Shown here one piece after another: positions 29,115 to 39,467 of a stretch of 64,000 nucleotides of DNA; within the stretch, counting starts at the first letter, position 1; the number at the start of each line of letters is the position of its first letter. This stretch comes from a virus. The notes below the pieces were generated by a model, which saw only the letters and a program-made list of their open reading frames with translations, was not told where the DNA came from and made no database searches. The translations under genes were made by a program, and so were the position numbers. The DNA lies in IMG/VR virus record IMGVR_UViG_3300008448_000009, positions 32,001 to 96,000 of that record, one strand, 5' to 3'.

Positions 29115-30989
29115 TTATCTTAATTCGTTGATGTTAAATGTTTGAACACCGTCAACTCTTAAGTGACCATAGAAACGGTTGTTTACGACTTTTTTCGCGT
29201 AACGAGTCATAATACCTTTCACTGGAGCGAAGTTGAATGGGTTATACATTGTAGGTGTCAATTGTAATGGCACGTATGGAGCATAGATGTATCCAGTGTC
29301 TAACAATGATTTACCTTTGTGACCAATGATGATAGAGTAAGATGGTGCATAAGGGTCACGGTACACTTGGTAACGTCCACTTAAAGAACCGATTCTTTCA
29401 ATACCCATGTTGTATTGGTCTTGCTCTGGGTTAGCGTCACTTACGTGGAAGTATTCTAAGTCATCAAAGATAGCTGAGATTTCTGAAGATACTACGATAA
29501 AGTTAGCACCACCTCTAAGAGTTGATTTATGGATTTGAGCAGAGATTTGGTTTAATTTAGTAATTAAAGTTTGGTTCCACTCTTTTTGTGTGTATGGTGC
29601 AGCAGCATTACCTGTAGCTTTTCTCCATCCGTTGTAGTCCCAACGTAATTGCCATGCAGCAGCTTTACGTAAGTCTCTAAGGATTTCACGGTCGATTTCA
29701 GCAGCAACTTGCTCAGAAAGCATTGCAGTTAATTCAGCTTCAGCGTCGATGTTGTGGAATGCACTAACGTCTTGCGCTAATTCTGGAGACCATGTAGCTC
29801 TTAATTTTCTTTCTTCAACTGATACTACAACTTCATCTAATCTGAAAGATACTTCTCCCATTTCAGTTTCAAGTTCTAATGTAGCGTATTCAGCCCAAGT
29901 TACTACTAAACCAGCAGTAGTTGTGATAGCAGATACAGTAGTAGCAGAAGCACCTACATAACCATCGTATGTTGCAGTACCTACAGCAGCAGCACCTGTA
30001 CCAGCAGTTGAACCAGCTGGGTGAGTCAAGTCTAACTCAATGTACATAACACCGTTTGGTGTAGTTAAGATTGGGTAACCACTAGCGTTTACGTTTTTAG
30101 TTTGAACAATACCAGTTCCATATTTTTGAGTTACAATACGGAAAGGAACTTCACCACCAGCAGCAACAACTTGGTTACCATCACGGTCTAAAATAGCGTT
30201 AGTAGAAACAACTTTCAACGAAGCCAAGAATGACTCAGTATCCATGTTGTTACCATCAGGACCAGTTAATACTTCTCTACCAGCAGCAGAACCAGCACCA
30301 CCTGTGAAACCTGAAATAGATAAAATAGCGTTTCTCACAGAACCATCAGCAGCAGTTGGGAATGAGGTACTTGGAGGTGGAACACTAAATACACCATTAG
30401 AGTTTAATGTTTGAGCGTTAGCGTTAGTAATGTTGTAAGTTACGATAGTAAGAGTACCTTTTGATTGGTCGAATAAACCATCGTTGTAGAAAATATCATA
30501 CAAGTTTTTAGCCATCCAAGGAGTTACTGTACATGTAGCATCAGCACCTTTAACACATGATGGAATACCATCATACCCCATTGAAGTGTGAGCTGAGAAA
30601 GTAGGTCCATCACCGTTATAGTAATCACCACCAACACCAGCAGCGTTTACACGCTCTGAAGTCAAAGGCACAAAGAAGAACAATTTACCGATTGGCATGT
30701 TCATAGCTTGTACTGATACAACGTCATTAGCTAATAATTTTGAGAAAACTCTACGTACAATTGGGAATACTACAGTTTCAAAAGAACCTGAGCTACCAGC
30801 AGTAGTTGATTCAGTCAATAATGAAGACGCTTGGTTTTCATATAATTGAGCGATGTTTTCTTTAACGTGGCCTCTAAGACCATCTAGGAATCCTAATGAA
30901 TCCCATTTTTGTTGAGTCTCTAAACGGATAGCCTTCATGTGGTTTAATCCGATGTTACCAACTTGTCCAGATGTTAATAAATGTGACAT
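29115..30989 (-). CDS. major capsid protein, T4 gp23-like, with large insertion
   Basis: FPIVRRVF..L.A...VSVQAM, RKLRATWSPELAQDV.AFH.IDAEAEL, EIDREIL, GYIYAPYVPL, GIMTRY. Confidence 0.95.
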   Translation of the reverse strand: MSHLLTSGQVGNIGLNHMKAIRLETQQKWDSLGFLDGLRGHVKENIAQLYENQASSLLTESTTAGSSGSFETVVFPIVRRVFSKLLANDVVSVQAMNMPIGKLFFFVPLTSERVNAAGVGGDYYNGDGPTFSAHTSMGYDGIPSCVKGADATCTVTPWMAKNLYDIFYNDGLFDQSKGTLTIVTYNITNANAQTLNSNGVFSVPPPSTSFPTAADGSVRNAILSISGFTGGAGSAAGREVLTGPDGNNMDTESFLASLKVVSTNAILDRDGNQVVAAGGEVPFRIVTQKYGTGIVQTKNVNASGYPILTTPNGVMYIELDLTHPAGSTAGTGAAAVGTATYDGYVGASATTVSAITTTAGLVVTWAEYATLELETEMGEVSFRLDEVVVSVEERKLRATWSPELAQDVSAFHNIDAEAELTAMLSEQVAAEIDREILRDLRKAAAWQLRWDYNGWRKATGNAAAPYTQKEWNQTLITKLNQISAQIHKSTLRGGANFIVVSSEISAIFDDLEYFHVSDANPEQDQYNMGIERIGSLSGRYQVYRDPYAPSYSIIIGHKGKSLLDTGYIYAPYVPLQLTPTMYNPFNFAPVKGIMTRYAKKVVNNRFYGHLRVDGVQTFNINELR

Positions 30990-31022
30990 AATTTGTTTTT
31001 TTATTTTTTTATTGGGTTATTG

Positions 31023-32366
31023 TTATCTTTTTTCAACTCTGTGAATTAAATCCATAATTCTTTTAGTTGAAGGGTCAACATACGCAGTGCTTTCGTTTAA
31101 TTGTTTTGAAGTACTAGTAGTTGCCTCTTTTATAATTTTGTTTTCTACTGATTCTGAAATTGGTTTTCTTGATTCCAATTCATTAGCAATAGTTTTGTAA
31201 AGTCTTTTTGACTCTTTAAGGTTTGTTACCTCTTCATCAAATCTTTTGATTATAGTTTGTTTCTCACCTTTTGTTGTAGAATGTTCCATGAACAATCTTG
31301 TTACATAAGTCAAATTGCTGTTGAACACTACAGTCTCTACTAACTTAGTTCTAAATTCTTTAAGAGCTACTCTGAATTCTTCATTTTCACCTTTAAGTTT
31401 AGTTGCTTCAGTTAATAAACTGTTATATTTTTTAGCGGTTTCAGAAACTATCTGTTTTGCTTTGTTTACTGTTTCATCGATTTTTTCACCGTCTACAGAT
31501 TTTTTACCGTATCCTAAGTGAGAAGCACCGTGTCTTCTTTGACCTTGATGACCAGCACGACCATTAACGTTACCGATGGTTTCATCCAATTCTTCCTCTT
31601 CTTCGTCCAATTCTTCCACTTCGTTCAAATCTTCCTCTTCGTCCAATTCTTCCTCTTCGTTTAAATTTTCTTCTTCATCAGATTCCTCTTCAGATTCTTC
31701 ACCTTCTTCGTCTTCTTCTTCACCTTCTTCGTCATCACCTTCTTCGTCATCTAATTCGATTTCGTAGTCCATGTCTTCACCTTCTTCGTCTTCTTCTTCA
31801 CCACCCATTTCAGCTGGTTCTAAATCTAACTCTTCATCGTCACCCATTTCTGGTTCTGAAGATGGAGCTTGACCGTCAAGTTTAACAACATATTCTCCTG
31901 GTTCTGTAATGTTTAAGTGAAGTTCATCACCTACAATTTCAATTTCGTCTTCGCCACTTAATTTTTTGTAAATTGCGATTACTTCATCGTCTGGTGCTCC
32001 AACCATATCGATTTCATCTGATGCGTCTATATCATCCATTCCTATGCCACCCATTTCGTCGCCCATGTCGTCGCCCATGTCAGTATCAGGTTCTAAACCA
32101 CCTTCTACATCACCCATGTCGTCACCCATTTCGCCACCAAGGTCTTGGCCATCGATATCATCTCCACCTAATGTTTCAACGTCGTCACCCATTTCGGTGT
32201 CAACATCTTCTTCTTCGTAAACCTCCTCTAGAGATTCTTTCACAACACCATTAATTTCTTCTTTCGCAACCGAACGAAGTATTTCTTTGGTATTGGCATT
32301 AAGAGCATTCTGAATATTGTTAATATCCAAAAGTGCTTCTTCAAGTATAGATTTTTTATCTGCCAT
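31023..32366 (-). CDS. prohead core/scaffolding protein
   Basis: Very acidic centre and coiled-coil C-terminus; lies between protease and capsid genes. Confidence 0.8.
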   Translation of the reverse strand: MADKKSILEEALLDINNIQNALNANTKEILRSVAKEEINGVVKESLEEVYEEEDVDTEMGDDVETLGGDDIDGQDLGGEMGDDMGDVEGGLEPDTDMGDDMGDEMGGIGMDDIDASDEIDMVGAPDDEVIAIYKKLSGEDEIEIVGDELHLNITEPGEYVVKLDGQAPSSEPEMGDDEELDLEPAEMGGEEEDEEGEDMDYEIELDDEEGDDEEGEEEDEEGEESEEESDEEENLNEEEELDEEEDLNEVEELDEEEEELDETIGNVNGRAGHQGQRRHGASHLGYGKKSVDGEKIDETVNKAKQIVSETAKKYNSLLTEATKLKGENEEFRVALKEFRTKLVETVVFNSNLTYVTRLFMEHSTTKGEKQTIIKRFDEEVTNLKESKRLYKTIANELESRKPISESVENKIIKEATTSTSKQLNESTAYVDPSTKRIMDLIHRVEKR

Positions 32367-32483
32367 TTTATCTTTTTTTATATGTTTTTTATTAGATAAA
32401 CAATGAGATGTTTCTCATTTGTTAATAAATATGCGTGTTTTTATCAAAAATCACTTTTTTGATAAAAAAATTATTATTTTTAA

Positions 32484-33209
32484 TTAGTCATTCAAAAAAT
32501 TATCCAACTTATCATTCAATGATTCAGTCATAAGTGGTTTCTTAATCTCGGTATTTTCCACATATGGGCGCGCTTCTTCATGATTTTTAAAAATCCAAGC
32601 GTCTGGTGTGGAAGGTGCTGTAACAACATCCCAACAAATAATTTCGAAATCGTCTTGTACAATTTGTTCTCCATTTTTACCCTCTTTCAACGAACCAACA
32701 CCTCTAGAAGACACACCAATTTTTATTCTGTTTCTTAATAGATTAGCTACTTCATCACCTTTGGTAGATACGATACCCAAATTAATAAACCCAGGTGTCA
32801 TCAATATCTCCATCTTACCCATAAGTGTTTTACCTTCCCACCATGTTTCTACAATGTTGTGAGAAATTCTATCACCAGCAATAATAGAAGACTCAGGGTG
32901 GTCTAATTCACCCACAGCTCTACGCTCACGTATGGCTTCTTGATATATTTGATTTTGTTTTTTTAAAATTGATTCTGGATAAATTCTACCATTACGATTA
33001 AGTACATCATATTTTTGTAGTACCACATATACAATTAGCGGCTCAACTATTGCTAGTTTGCTGCCTGTGTCTAATTTTTTTATTTCGTTTATGAATGCTT
33101 GGTTTCTTGGTTCATCAGGGTTGATGTACCCAGCGTCTTGTTCGATTAGACCACCCCAACCAGTTTCTCCACGTTTTAATACTTTGAAGTCTTTATAATT
33201 TATATCCAT
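32484..33209 (-). CDS. prohead protease, T4 gp21-like
   Basis: NRNGRIYP, GELDHP, GVSSRGVGS and DVVTAPSTPDA motifs. Confidence 0.93.
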   Translation of the reverse strand: MDINYKDFKVLKRGETGWGGLIEQDAGYINPDEPRNQAFINEIKKLDTGSKLAIVEPLIVYVVLQKYDVLNRNGRIYPESILKKQNQIYQEAIRERRAVGELDHPESSIIAGDRISHNIVETWWEGKTLMGKMEILMTPGFINLGIVSTKGDEVANLLRNRIKIGVSSRGVGSLKEGKNGEQIVQDDFEIICWDVVTAPSTPDAWIFKNHEEARPYVENTEIKKPLMTESLNDKLDNFLND

Positions 33210-33247
33210 AATTTGCTACCTTATAGATATAAATATATTACAATAAC

Positions 33248-33277
33248 AAAAAAACCCCAGTATTACTACTGGGGCTT
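33248..33277 (-). terminator. intrinsic terminator
   Basis: A-tract then CCCCAGTA-TTAC-TACTGGGG hairpin. Confidence 0.8.
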
Positions 33278-33279
33278 AA

Positions 33280-33726
33280 TTATATTTTCTTTTTATGATA
33301 TTTAAAATTTTCATCTAACTCAAAAACTTTATTAATTAACATCGATGTAACATCATTTAGTGAAGTTTTTGTTTTGTCAGATATGATTGAAATTTCTTCA
33401 GTTTGAAACAATGTTATTTCACAACTCATAAAACTACGTTTTCCGTATTTTATACCAGATTCTCTGATATCCAAATCAACAATCGTGTTGTTTTTTAAAA
33501 AACCAGAATTTTCGTTTAAATTAAAATAATTAAACAAATCTTGTTTTAATTTTTTATTTATGTCTTTAATTACTCTAGTGTAATTAACATCCTCATCTTG
33601 ATTTAGTGGTTCGGCCCACGCTGAAATGTTTATATAAACCGATTTTGGGTTTTTATTATCAACACAACCATAGACTATATTGTAGTTATTATGGTTGTCA
33701 TTTTTAAATTGTTTTCCTGTCTTCAT
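33280..33726 (-). CDS. hypothetical protein
   Basis: 148 aa; own host-type promoter. Confidence 0.6.
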   Translation of the reverse strand: MKTGKQFKNDNHNNYNIVYGCVDNKNPKSVYINISAWAEPLNQDEDVNYTRVIKDINKKLKQDLFNYFNLNENSGFLKNNTIVDLDIRESGIKYGKRSFMSCEITLFQTEEISIISDKTKTSLNDVTSMLINKVFELDENFKYHKKKI

Positions 33727-33745
33727 ATTCTAGTAAATTAATATA

Positions 33746-33776
33746 CAAATATAATAAAATTCCAGGAATTAGTCAA
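33746..33776 (-). promoter_or_regulatory. Bacteroidota-type -33/-7 promoter
   Basis: Minus-strand TTG (33776-74), 20 nt, TATATTTG (33753-46). Confidence 0.7.
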
Positions 33777-33781
33777 CAACC

Positions 33782-34123
33782 TTAATGACCTAATTTACCC
33801 CAAATTGAAATAATAATTCCAACAACAATTTGTACGAAAGACATAATAGCTATAGCGGCTACCCAACGATTTTTTTGACGATACAATTCATCTTTGGCTT
33901 CCTTCATTTGACTAGGTGACCAAACGTCGTTTACCTTGGCTATCCACGATGTGTTAGCTTCAACATTTCTTTCAATATTTTTTACGTCGTTTAACTTAAG
34001 ATTCATTTCGTTAAGTTTTTTATCAATATCGGTACGCATTTTTTCTTGATTTTCAGCCAAACGTTCTAATTCTTTTAGAACTAGTTTGCTATAGTCTGCC
34101 CATGTATCTTTACTTTCAGCCAT
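33782..34123 (-). CDS. coiled-coil protein with C-terminal TM helix (possibly holin-like)
   Basis: WVAAIAIMSFVQIVVGIIISIW. Confidence 0.5.
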   Translation of the reverse strand: MAESKDTWADYSKLVLKELERLAENQEKMRTDIDKKLNEMNLKLNDVKNIERNVEANTSWIAKVNDVWSPSQMKEAKDELYRQKNRWVAAIAIMSFVQIVVGIIISIWGKLGH

Positions 34124-34129
34124 TTTTTT

Positions 34130-34363
34130 TTATAAAATTTTAATACTGTTTAATATTGTCTTTATTGTTGCACACATATTTTCATAACATTTCATTTTTG
34201 TTTTAGGTGTTGTAGATTTTTCAATCTCTATAACACCTTGTTCTACAATATTTTTTAATTGTTTAACTACTTTTTTATATTCTATTTCAGAATTTTCTTC
34301 TTCACATATTTGGTTTGTCAATTCTCTTAATTTTAGAATATTTTCACTTGGAACACTTTTCAT
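34130..34363 (-). CDS. hypothetical protein
   Basis: 77 aa ORF. Confidence 0.5.
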   Translation of the reverse strand: MKSVPSENILKLRELTNQICEEENSEIEYKKVVKQLKNIVEQGVIEIEKSTTPKTKMKCYENMCATIKTILNSIKIL

Positions 34364-34385
34364 TAGCTTTTTCGTTTAATCAATG

Positions 34386-35150
34386 TTATACTAGACTATT
34401 TTTTAATTCTAACAATTTAGAAATATTTTTGTTAAAGTTTTCGTTTATTTCAATTTTATCATTTAAAAGTTTATCTTTAACTCGCAATAATCTATCTTTT
34501 GTTTCTAAATCAGAATCAGTTAATTTAACATTAATCATATCAATACATTCTCTTACAACACCTGAATAAACTTCTTCTTTTTTAGTATCATCCGAATCAA
34601 TTAGAACTTTTAATACCTTTTTTTCAGTCTCACTTAAAGAAGCGTATTTTTCGTTATACTTATCCACCATAATTGTTGATAACATACTGTTAGGTAAATC
34701 AAACGATTCTGTAACAGTTTTTGTTTTATTATTTTTCATATGGTTTATAATGTAAGCAGTAGCTTCCACTATAGTGTCAATATTTTTTGCTGTTTTCTTT
34801 GTAAAAATAAGCTTGGTAATATTTTCATGTAACACAATATTACTATCAGTAGATTCTGTTTCAAAAATAATTGGGTCAGCCAATTTAAAATTAGCTTCCA
34901 TGATGTCTTTTTTAGAGAATTTTTGTAACAAAGCTATGTTTTCTTGAAGGAATAAATTAGCTTTTAATTCGTTTTCTTCAATCTTGTTTTCTATGTTGTC
35001 ATAAACCAAAAATTGAGTTTTTAATATCTCATTTTCTTTGATTGTTTTAACGTAATGTTTGAAAAGTTTTTTGTTTTCTTCTTTATTAGAAACAATACCC
35101 TCAACCATTAATTCGTTAAATTTGTTTTTTATTTTACCAAAATTTTGCAT
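34386..35150 (-). CDS. helical hypothetical head-module protein
   Basis: ATG 35150 (MQNFGKIK) just downstream of late motif 35167-35174. Confidence 0.6.
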   Translation of the reverse strand: MQNFGKIKNKFNELMVEGIVSNKEENKKLFKHYVKTIKENEILKTQFLVYDNIENKIEENELKANLFLQENIALLQKFSKKDIMEANFKLADPIIFETESTDSNIVLHENITKLIFTKKTAKNIDTIVEATAYIINHMKNNKTKTVTESFDLPNSMLSTIMVDKYNEKYASLSETEKKVLKVLIDSDDTKKEEVYSGVVRECIDMINVKLTDSDLETKDRLLRVKDKLLNDKIEINENFNKNISKLLELKNSLV

Positions 35151-35195
35151 AGGTTTATTTTTATTAATAAATATAACTAATCGATACAAAAAACG

Positions 35196-37298
35196 TTATT
35201 CATCTAACATTTTATTTATGTCTTTTATCATAGAATCGATATCGTTATTTATTTTAATTGTTTTGTCGTAAATTTTAACGTTTTCGTCTACAACGTTTGC
35301 ACCACTATTAACTGATTCAATTAATTTGTTGACAAATCTACCTTGATATTTGGTAGTTCTATCTTCTAATTTTTTACCAAGTTGCGTTTTACGTTCCGTC
35401 AATAAATTATCAGCTTTCTTTAGCATCTCTGTTAATCCAGCTTCTGTATCAGTACCAGCTTCAGCACCGCCAGCTTCAGCACCGCCAGCTTCAGCACCGC
35501 CAGTTTCAGCACCACCAGCTTCAGCTCCAGCTTCAGCTCCAGCTTCAGCGCCACCAGCTTCAGCACCGCCAGCTTCCTCACCAGCACCAGCTTCTCCAGA
35601 GAAATCTAGGTCTTCACCACCTAGACCACCACCACCGAATGAACCACCTAGGCCGCCTCCACCGCCACCGCCACCAGCGGCACCGCCTTCACCTTCAGCT
35701 CCACCACCGCTACCACCAGCTAGAGCTGCTTGGTAATCACCATAGATTCTATCAACGGTGTCAAACATACCAGTATGTTTAATAACACTAGCAGTATTAG
35801 CTAATTCAGCCGCAGCGGCTTTCTCCATACGTTGTTCAAGTAAATCTTGTTTGATTTCATCATCAGCCCAACCCATGATTTCTCTATGAGCTCTAGTCCA
35901 TGACATAGCAGCCAATCCATTTCCAATGTCTGAGGTAGCGTCTTTAAGTAAAGCAACTTTAGCAGCCAAATGTTCAACTTTAAGCATTTCAGCTTGTGTT
36001 GATGGGTTGTTAAGTGTAAGTGTAAAGTTATCCAAATCTTCTTCAAACCCTAAAATATACAAATGAATAATAGCTATCTTGTTAAGTTCTTGAAGCATTG
36101 ATTGTTGAATACGGTTAATCGTTCTAGAAAAACGAATATCTTGTAGTGCTAGGTTTTTACCATCACCAGCAGTTTCTTCAAACCCTAAGAATGGTTTTGG
36201 GACACGTAACGCAGTGAATAAGTTTCTTTGCAAATATTCAATATCAGCAATTTGGTCCAAGTTCGATGCACCAGGCAAAGTCTCAATCGGGTTAGGTGCG
36301 TCTTCACTTCTAACAGGGATAAAGAAATCTTGGTCGTTAGACAATTGATTATATCTTAAATCTATTTGACCAGTCTGTGGGTCAACAATTGGCATACGTT
36401 TAAATCTATCTGCAATTTCGTTTACATATTGCGCAACGTCAGCGTCATCAATGTTACCAACATAAATTTTATATACCCTACGTTCTGGTGCTCTAGTAAC
36501 ACGATATACCAGCATTGAATCTTCAGATAAAATAAGTTGTTTCCAAATACGTCTAACTTTTTCCAATACTGATGTACCATAAGGTAAACGTCTATCATCA
36601 CCCAACAAACGGAAGTGAGCAATTTGCCATGAATTGAATTCAATATCGCGACCTCTCCAATAAAATTTAACTTTATCGTTATCATTTTCGTTAATAGACG
36701 TTTGTTCTCTACCACTAATCAAATCATACAATCCAGCTTCTCTACGTTCCATTTCGTAGTTAGGCATCTGTTTGGCACCAAGAACACCTTGTTTATCGCT
36801 GATATTTAAGTATATGAAATTATCTCCATATTTACAAGTGTTTCTAGTCCACATTGGTAAAGTTGTGTGTAAATCCAAACGGTTGAAGAATAAATCTTCT
36901 ATAATACCTTTAACACGTTTACTATCAGAATAAACGTTAAGTACTCTACCATTGTTATTTACAGTTGTTGATTCTTCCATCATAACATCCAAAGCGGCCG
37001 CAATAGTTGGGTAAAACTCCATAGCTTCAAAATCTGAATATGAACCAACACGTGTTGTTTCATAATTAATAGATTGTTGAAACATACCATTTTCTACTTT
37101 CTTCCAAACTTGCCCTAAGTATTTGTTTTGTTGAGCTTGAAGTTTTGCAGTTTCGTATTCTTCTTTACTTGTTGTTTTTAATAACTCACCCTTGCCAACA
37201 TTATAACGTTGTGTTGGTTGTTTTTGAGTTGGTTGTGTGTAATTAGGGTCAAGCACTCTACCTAACCTCTGAAATATTGTTAAATTTTCTTTTGCCAT
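35196..37298 (-). CDS. portal protein, T4 gp20-like, with G/A/E-rich tail
   Basis: YRVTRAPERRVYKI, DFFIPVR, IETLPG, ALRVP and DIRFSRTI motifs. Confidence 0.93.
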   Translation of the reverse strand: MAKENLTIFQRLGRVLDPNYTQPTQKQPTQRYNVGKGELLKTTSKEEYETAKLQAQQNKYLGQVWKKVENGMFQQSINYETTRVGSYSDFEAMEFYPTIAAALDVMMEESTTVNNNGRVLNVYSDSKRVKGIIEDLFFNRLDLHTTLPMWTRNTCKYGDNFIYLNISDKQGVLGAKQMPNYEMERREAGLYDLISGREQTSINENDNDKVKFYWRGRDIEFNSWQIAHFRLLGDDRRLPYGTSVLEKVRRIWKQLILSEDSMLVYRVTRAPERRVYKIYVGNIDDADVAQYVNEIADRFKRMPIVDPQTGQIDLRYNQLSNDQDFFIPVRSEDAPNPIETLPGASNLDQIADIEYLQRNLFTALRVPKPFLGFEETAGDGKNLALQDIRFSRTINRIQQSMLQELNKIAIIHLYILGFEEDLDNFTLTLNNPSTQAEMLKVEHLAAKVALLKDATSDIGNGLAAMSWTRAHREIMGWADDEIKQDLLEQRMEKAAAAELANTASVIKHTGMFDTVDRIYGDYQAALAGGSGGGAEGEGGAAGGGGGGGGLGGSFGGGGLGGEDLDFSGEAGAGEEAGGAEAGGAEAGAEAGAEAGGAETGGAEAGGAEAGGAEAGTDTEAGLTEMLKKADNLLTERKTQLGKKLEDRTTKYQGRFVNKLIESVNSGANVVDENVKIYDKTIKINNDIDSMIKDINKMLDE
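35455..35592. repeat. 12/15-bp coding tandem repeats (GGAEA/GAEA) in the portal tail
   Basis: CCAGCTTCAGCACCG-type units. Confidence 0.85.
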
Positions 37299-37348
37299 AG
37301 CATTATATTTTTCTTTAATTATAATAAAAAATTTGTGAAATTAAATAG

Positions 37349-37588
37349 TTATTCCACATAATCACAGGCCACATAAGCAATACGTTGTTGCTCGCTGTTA
37401 GCCAAAACAATGTTATACGAATATGTTGATATCCAATCTTGACCTTGTGTGTTAGGACGTGCATCACAAAAATAATTTCGTCTACTATTTACAGCTGGTT
37501 TTCTTTCGAAATTATTTGGTAGTGGTGACCATTTATATAAATTTGGACCAGCACCTTTACGAACAAATACTTTTTTACCTAAACCCAT
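37349..37588 (-). CDS. hypothetical protein
   Basis: 79 aa between terminase and portal. Confidence 0.55.
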   Translation of the reverse strand: MGLGKKVFVRKGAGPNLYKWSPLPNNFERKPAVNSRRNYFCDARPNTQGQDWISTYSYNIVLANSEQQRIAYVACDYVE

Positions 37589-37590
37589 GA

Positions 37591-39363
37591 TTATCTTCTT
37601 TTATTTAAGTTTCCAAATAGCCACATATGTTCACCTCTAGGGTCTTGAATATTTCTATATGCTCTATGTTCTGGATTTATTTTTTTTGTAACCTCACCAG
37701 TTGCTGGGTTAATTACGTTAGTTGTTGTTTGAGTATTTGATGAACCACCCAACCAACTATTTAACATTGCTTTATTTTGTTTTTCTAATCTTTCTAAATT
37801 CTTAAACGAATGTTCAACAACCCACAAAGCCATACCTAACGACATAAGCAAATCATCATGATACCCTTCCATGTGGTCTGGTCTACCATTTTTATAAACA
37901 AATGTTTTCATTTCTGATGTAAGTCTACTTGAACGGATTTTAACACCGTTGGTTCTAATTTTGTATTCTAAATTAGAAATCATAGGTAAACGAACGTTGG
38001 TTGCGTGAAATCCTGGGATTTTATTATCTTTGTTGAAATGTGTCAACTCTCTTTGTCTAGCAGAAAGAATTTTACCGTTGGCATTGTCGTAATGCAAACG
38101 TTTGTAATCAAATTCTAATAATTTCAACACTGTAGATACACCCATACCACCAGTCACATCGACTACAGTGTATGCTTTGTATAAATTACCGTATTCTTCT
38201 ACGATTTGAGCCAATAAATCTGGCTGTATCTTACCTTGGTACTCCATAACCTCTTCCATGGTTGTAAAATCAACTATAACGATTGTAGAGGCGTCTTCAC
38301 CATCACCTCTGGATACATCGACACCCATAATGTATTGATGACCTTCTTGTGGTTCTTCCCAAATCCAAATTTCATTCTCAGCACCCAAAGTATATTTAGG
38401 TTCCATAACATTATTTTTATTTTGAAAATCAATATGTTCTTCAGCAATAACGTTACCACCAGACCCAATGAACGATACATCTAACTCTTGTGCAATCATT
38501 TTGGCATCGTTGTTCATACCCAAACACATTTCTTCATACCATGATGACGTTGGTTTCCAACCATCACTTAACATTCTCTCGTATGATTCATATGTGAATT
38601 CATATTCAATTTCTACATGGTCTTCTTTTAACCACCTAAGGTCTTTGTTGTAACGCAAATCCTCATACCATTTCATTTCAATAATATTGAAGTTGTTCTT
38701 TTTCTTTTTGGCTTGGTCATAAGTTTTGTAGTATAACGCATCCATACCTTTTGGTGTAGAAATAAGAGTAGCTTTACCTCCAGTACCTAACGCTGTAAGA
38801 GCAGCACCAAATACTTCGGCACCATTGTCAATATACGCAGCCTCATCCATTACAAGATAAGTCGGTGTAAATCCACGCAATGCGTCTTTAGATGTTGCAA
38901 CCGCTTTAACACGGCTACCATTAGGAAGTCTGATTTCTTTTTTAGAGTCTGTAATGAAGATTGATTTAGCTTCATTCTTAGCGTTACCATAGTATTCGGC
39001 ACCCCATACCCATCTAGGTAATTGAGCCAAAAAATCTTTAATTTTTGCTAGGAACTCAAAAGCTAACTCTTGTTTGTTCGCGATGATAAGAACCGCCTCT
39101 GGGTTGTCCTCATCGGCCCACCCAACTTTTATTGCCATATATGCTGCTGTTGTAGTAGACACACCAGCTTGTCTAGGTTTAGTAACTAAATTAAATCTGT
39201 GTTTATCGTATGCTTGTATAATTTCCTTTTGTCTAGGAAATAGTTTGAAAGGTACAAAACCCTCTTGCGTTTTGTCAAACGTTTCCAAATACGTTTCAAT
39301 GGCGTAAACTGGATTCATTAGACACTTTGTATATTCTTTAAATATTTCTTGTGTTGTCAACAT
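37591..39363 (-). CDS. terminase large subunit, T4 gp17-like
   Basis: KPRQAGVST, LVMDEAA, ISTPKG, GVDVSRGDGED and HDDLLMS motifs. Confidence 0.95.
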   Translation of the reverse strand: MLTTQEIFKEYTKCLMNPVYAIETYLETFDKTQEGFVPFKLFPRQKEIIQAYDKHRFNLVTKPRQAGVSTTTAAYMAIKVGWADEDNPEAVLIIANKQELAFEFLAKIKDFLAQLPRWVWGAEYYGNAKNEAKSIFITDSKKEIRLPNGSRVKAVATSKDALRGFTPTYLVMDEAAYIDNGAEVFGAALTALGTGGKATLISTPKGMDALYYKTYDQAKKKKNNFNIIEMKWYEDLRYNKDLRWLKEDHVEIEYEFTYESYERMLSDGWKPTSSWYEEMCLGMNNDAKMIAQELDVSFIGSGGNVIAEEHIDFQNKNNVMEPKYTLGAENEIWIWEEPQEGHQYIMGVDVSRGDGEDASTIVIVDFTTMEEVMEYQGKIQPDLLAQIVEEYGNLYKAYTVVDVTGGMGVSTVLKLLEFDYKRLHYDNANGKILSARQRELTHFNKDNKIPGFHATNVRLPMISNLEYKIRTNGVKIRSSRLTSEMKTFVYKNGRPDHMEGYHDDLLMSLGMALWVVEHSFKNLERLEKQNKAMLNSWLGGSSNTQTTTNVINPATGEVTKKINPEHRAYRNIQDPRGEHMWLFGNLNKRR

Positions 39364-39423
39364 AATATTCTAATTTACTAATAAATATGCTGAAATCAAG
39401 TAAAATAGCTTATTATAAATAAT

Positions 39424-39445
39424 AAAGGGCCCAAACAGGCCCTTT
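39424..39445 (-). terminator. hairpin, probable terminator
   Basis: AAAGGGCC-CAAACA-GGCCCTTT. Confidence 0.65.
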
Positions 39446-39467
39446 ATAAATTAATATGTGTATATTT

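Noticed and set aside
35350-35736. Antisense and nested ORFs in the track (e.g. 23195-23677, 28388-28750, 35350-35736, 50834-51262, 53440-53829)
   Set aside because: They are shadows of well-supported opposite-strand genes, with no motifs or expression signals
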